Shown here piece by piece: positions 61,742 through 64,000 of a stretch of 64,000 nucleotides of DNA (position 1 is the stretch's first letter; every line of letters starts with the position of its first letter). Location: contig OY969585.1 of assembly GCA_963701295.1 (NCBI GenBank), positions 3,168,001 through 3,232,000 on the forward strand, in the 5' to 3' direction. Position numbers and translations under genes: made by a program. Origin of the DNA: Ignavibacteriota bacterium. Lineage in GTDB: Bacteria; Bacteroidota; Ignavibacteria; UBA10030. The notes beneath the pieces were generated by a model that saw only the letters and a list, made by a program, of their open reading frames with translations, searched no databases and was not told the DNA's origin.

Positions 61742-61842
61742 CCACCACCCCCCCAAAAATATATCTGCGTAGCTATTGTAATTCCACTTCGCGGATTTCT
61801 TTATACGCTCCTCCTCCACGAGGAAGGGATAAAGGGGTGAGT
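61742..61842. repeat. Intergenic palindromic repeat (copy 2)
   Basis: ccaccacccc...ctcctcc...gggataaaggggtg, related to 9621-9694. Confidence 0.45.
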
Positions 61843-61881
61843 GCTTTATTCTTTAAAACTATTCATAATTTGTACCATCAG

Positions 61882-62412
61882 TTATCCAGCGATTTTTGAT
61901 TGAGGAGACCCATGAAAATCTCCAATATATGCTGGCGCCGTTCCCTTACATTCACCTCGCTGTACTTTCTGTTGAAGCAGCATGAGTCCGTTTAATAAAT
62001 TATCCGGCCGCGGCGGGCAGCCGGCAACATACACATCTACTGGAAGAAACTGATCAATCCCCTGCACTACAGAGTAAGTTCGATACATTCCGCCGGAAGA
62101 TGTGCATGCACCCATAGCAATGACCCATTTCGGTTCAGGCATTTGATCATAAATCTTACGCACGACTTTTGCCATCTTGAATGTTGTCGTTCCTGCAACG
62201 ATAATTACATCGCATTGACGCGGCGTAAAACGCATTACTTCCGAGCCGAACCGCGCGATATCGAACCGCGGTCCTGCTGCTGCCATCATCTCTATAGCAC
62301 AACACGAAATTCCCATCGGCATCGGGTAAAGAGAATTCTTGCGGCACCAATTGATAATATCTTCAAGCTTGGTTGCAATATATCCGTCACCCATCCAGCT
62401 CTCTAATCCCAT
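61882..62412 (-). CDS. nuoB: NADH-quinone oxidoreductase subunit B
   Basis: [27 protein letters not shown]. Confidence 0.96.
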   Translation of the reverse strand: MGLESWMGDGYIATKLEDIINWCRKNSLYPMPMGISCCAIEMMAAAGPRFDIARFGSEVMRFTPRQCDVIIVAGTTTFKMAKVVRKIYDQMPEPKWVIAMGACTSSGGMYRTYSVVQGIDQFLPVDVYVAGCPPRPDNLLNGLMLLQQKVQRGECKGTAPAYIGDFHGSPQSKIAG

Positions 62413-62759
62413 TCCAATGCTCCTTTCCTCCAGATGTAATAAAAACCGACGAGGAGGATAAAGATAAAGATGAACATCACCACAAATCCTTGCACTCCGA
62501 GTTGTTTATATACAACCGCCCACGGATACATAAAGACAATTTCAATATCAAAAACGATAAAGAGCATAGCGACTAAATAGTATTTCACGGAGAACCGTTC
62601 GCGTGCTGTCCGAACAGGCTCCATTCCGCTCTCATAGGTACTCGTCTTTTCATCGGTCGGGCGCCGCGGCCCGAATAATTCATTCGCTTTGCCCATAAAG
62701 ACGCCAAATGCAATGGCACATCCGATCATCAGAAATATGGGAATATAACCTTCGATCAT
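62403..62759 (-). CDS. nuoA: NADH-quinone oxidoreductase subunit A
   Basis: YESG, FIVFDIE, YPWA, KGALEW. Confidence 0.96.
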   Translation of the reverse strand: MIEGYIPIFLMIGCAIAFGVFMGKANELFGPRRPTDEKTSTYESGMEPVRTARERFSVKYYLVAMLFIVFDIEIVFMYPWAVVYKQLGVQGFVVMFIFIFILLVGFYYIWRKGALEWD

Positions 62760-62895
62760 TTATTCTTTTCGAGAGTTGTGTTGAAAAATTTTATACATAA
62801 ATTGCCTGAAATACAAATTCTCCCTTCTAGTGGAAACACATCATGAATAAAAGAAATTCCCAAAGAAAGCTGGTACTAGATAGAAAAGTATTGAA

Positions 62896-64000
62896 TTATT
62901 TCATCTGAATCCTTACACCTTCGAGCGGCCAGCGAGCGCGGACTTTGAGTGTATCGGAAAGTGGACTGAGCCGTTCTGAAAAAATGAAAGGAAACGGTTC
63001 CCCTGGATCGTAGATACCGTTCTTGTTCCGATCCCGGAACGCTTGAAACACATAGTGCCCCTCCGCAACGATTGGAAAAATAAATTTGCCAGTTGCATCA
63101 GCAGGCTCAATGTAGTAGTTGGGATTTTTTCCTCCTATTTGAAATGCAGTCACATACAGACGTCCTACAGTGTCTGTAGTGTTCAAATCAACGACTATTC
63201 CTTCAACACTGCTCATGTCTTCGATATCGAGCGTTTCAAAACGCCATACCTTTGTCGAATCTTTGCACGTGCTATCTCTCCAATCATATACTTTTCGCAG
63301 CTCAGCACGAAGTGAGTACCATGCCTTATTGAGCAGTTTCTGTTCTGGCTGAATAGAAATCAAAACATCGCTCAACCGTTTTTTCTCAACTGCAACCTGT
63401 TGTTTGTTATTATCAAGAATAGTTACAAAATCAAGAGAAGTCGTCTTTGCAAGAGCATCGGAAAATGTAAGAGTCAAGACAGGTCGAAAATCAATGTTTT
63501 GCGTACTATCCTTGATCGAGACTGCAACTAATCGTGTGCCAATGGTAGCCGCCTTCGGTGAACCTTGAAATGCCAATGAATTTGCTAATGGATTAATCTT
63601 GTTGCCAACTGAATCTGTTACATTTTGAACATGGATAAAATATGTCTTTGCAGAATCTTGTTTCTGAGTTACTACGATAGTTGATTTCGGTGTCGAAGGA
63701 TCAGGATATACGGCTATAAGTTCAAGCGGCTTTCGATTCACAGTATCTACGACAATGAATGAAGGAAGAGTGATTGATGAAGGACGTAATGATTCAGAAA
63801 ATTCTGCGATGACATGATTTCTATCTTGAGCGGATACTTTGACAAGCCGTGGACCCGATGTATCTTCTTTTGCAAGCTGCATCAAGATACCTGATGCGAG
63901 CGTATCACTTTGTGAAATATGTATAATGCTCGATGGCACGCCGTACTCATCCACCTCTCGATCATACACTAAATTTCGATACTCATCGCGTATTGCAAAG
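62896..64000 (-). CDS. Ig-like domain (Big_5-type) envelope protein, 5'-truncated by the window edge
   Basis: Frame open to the window end; DTSGP...FSE, DSVGN, AFRDRNKNGIYDPG, VRARW. Confidence 0.7.
   Translation of the reverse strand, partial: FAIRDEYRNLVYDREVDEYGVPSSIIHISQSDTLASGILMQLAKEDTSGPRLVKVSAQDRNHVIAEFSESLRPSSITLPSFIVVDTVNRKPLELIAVYPDPSTPKSTIVVTQKQDSAKTYFIHVQNVTDSVGNKINPLANSLAFQGSPKAATIGTRLVAVSIKDSTQNIDFRPVLTLTFSDALAKTTSLDFVTILDNNKQQVAVEKKRLSDVLISIQPEQKLLNKAWYSLRAELRKVYDWRDSTCKDSTKVWRFETLDIEDMSSVEGIVVDLNTTDTVGRLYVTAFQIGGKNPNYYIEPADATGKFIFPIVAEGHYVFQAFRDRNKNGIYDPGEPFPFIFSERLSPLSDTLKVRARWPLEGVRIQMK

Overview
Chromosomal window from a bacterium that is probably in the Bacteroidota/Ignavibacteria-Chlorobi group (inferred from a T9SS 'NYPNPFNP' C-terminal domain, a PorQ-like gene, a GWxTD protein and a homodimeric GlyRS). 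Positions 1-4.4 kb hold an integron cassette array on the minus strand. It has four unusually long attC sites (151-195 bp), five cassettes (one without an ORF, one running off the left edge), an attI-like site with tandem palindromes and a Pc-like promoter. There is no adjacent integrase gene. Where intI would normally sit there is the 5' half of a tRNA-Arg gene, cut at the end of its anticodon loop. The rest is mostly housekeeping: ygiQ, gnd with a LarA-family epimerase, a GH2 enzyme, pdxA, ftsE, an Mrp ATPase, rtcB with archease, purC, aat, pfkA, rmuC, kbl, rsmB, rpmE, glyQS, AmmeMemoRadiSam A/B, glmM, dprA, rpoN, hslVU, an ECF sigma/anti-sigma pair and nuoA-F. A second accessory locus (27-30.8 kb) encodes two tandem secreted repeat fibres with S74-type autocleaving chaperone domains plus a minimal T9SS cargo protein. 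A TPR gene with two frameshifts produces a spurious TPR-ZIP fusion in the ORF track. All family assignments come from motif recognition by eye, not from database searches.
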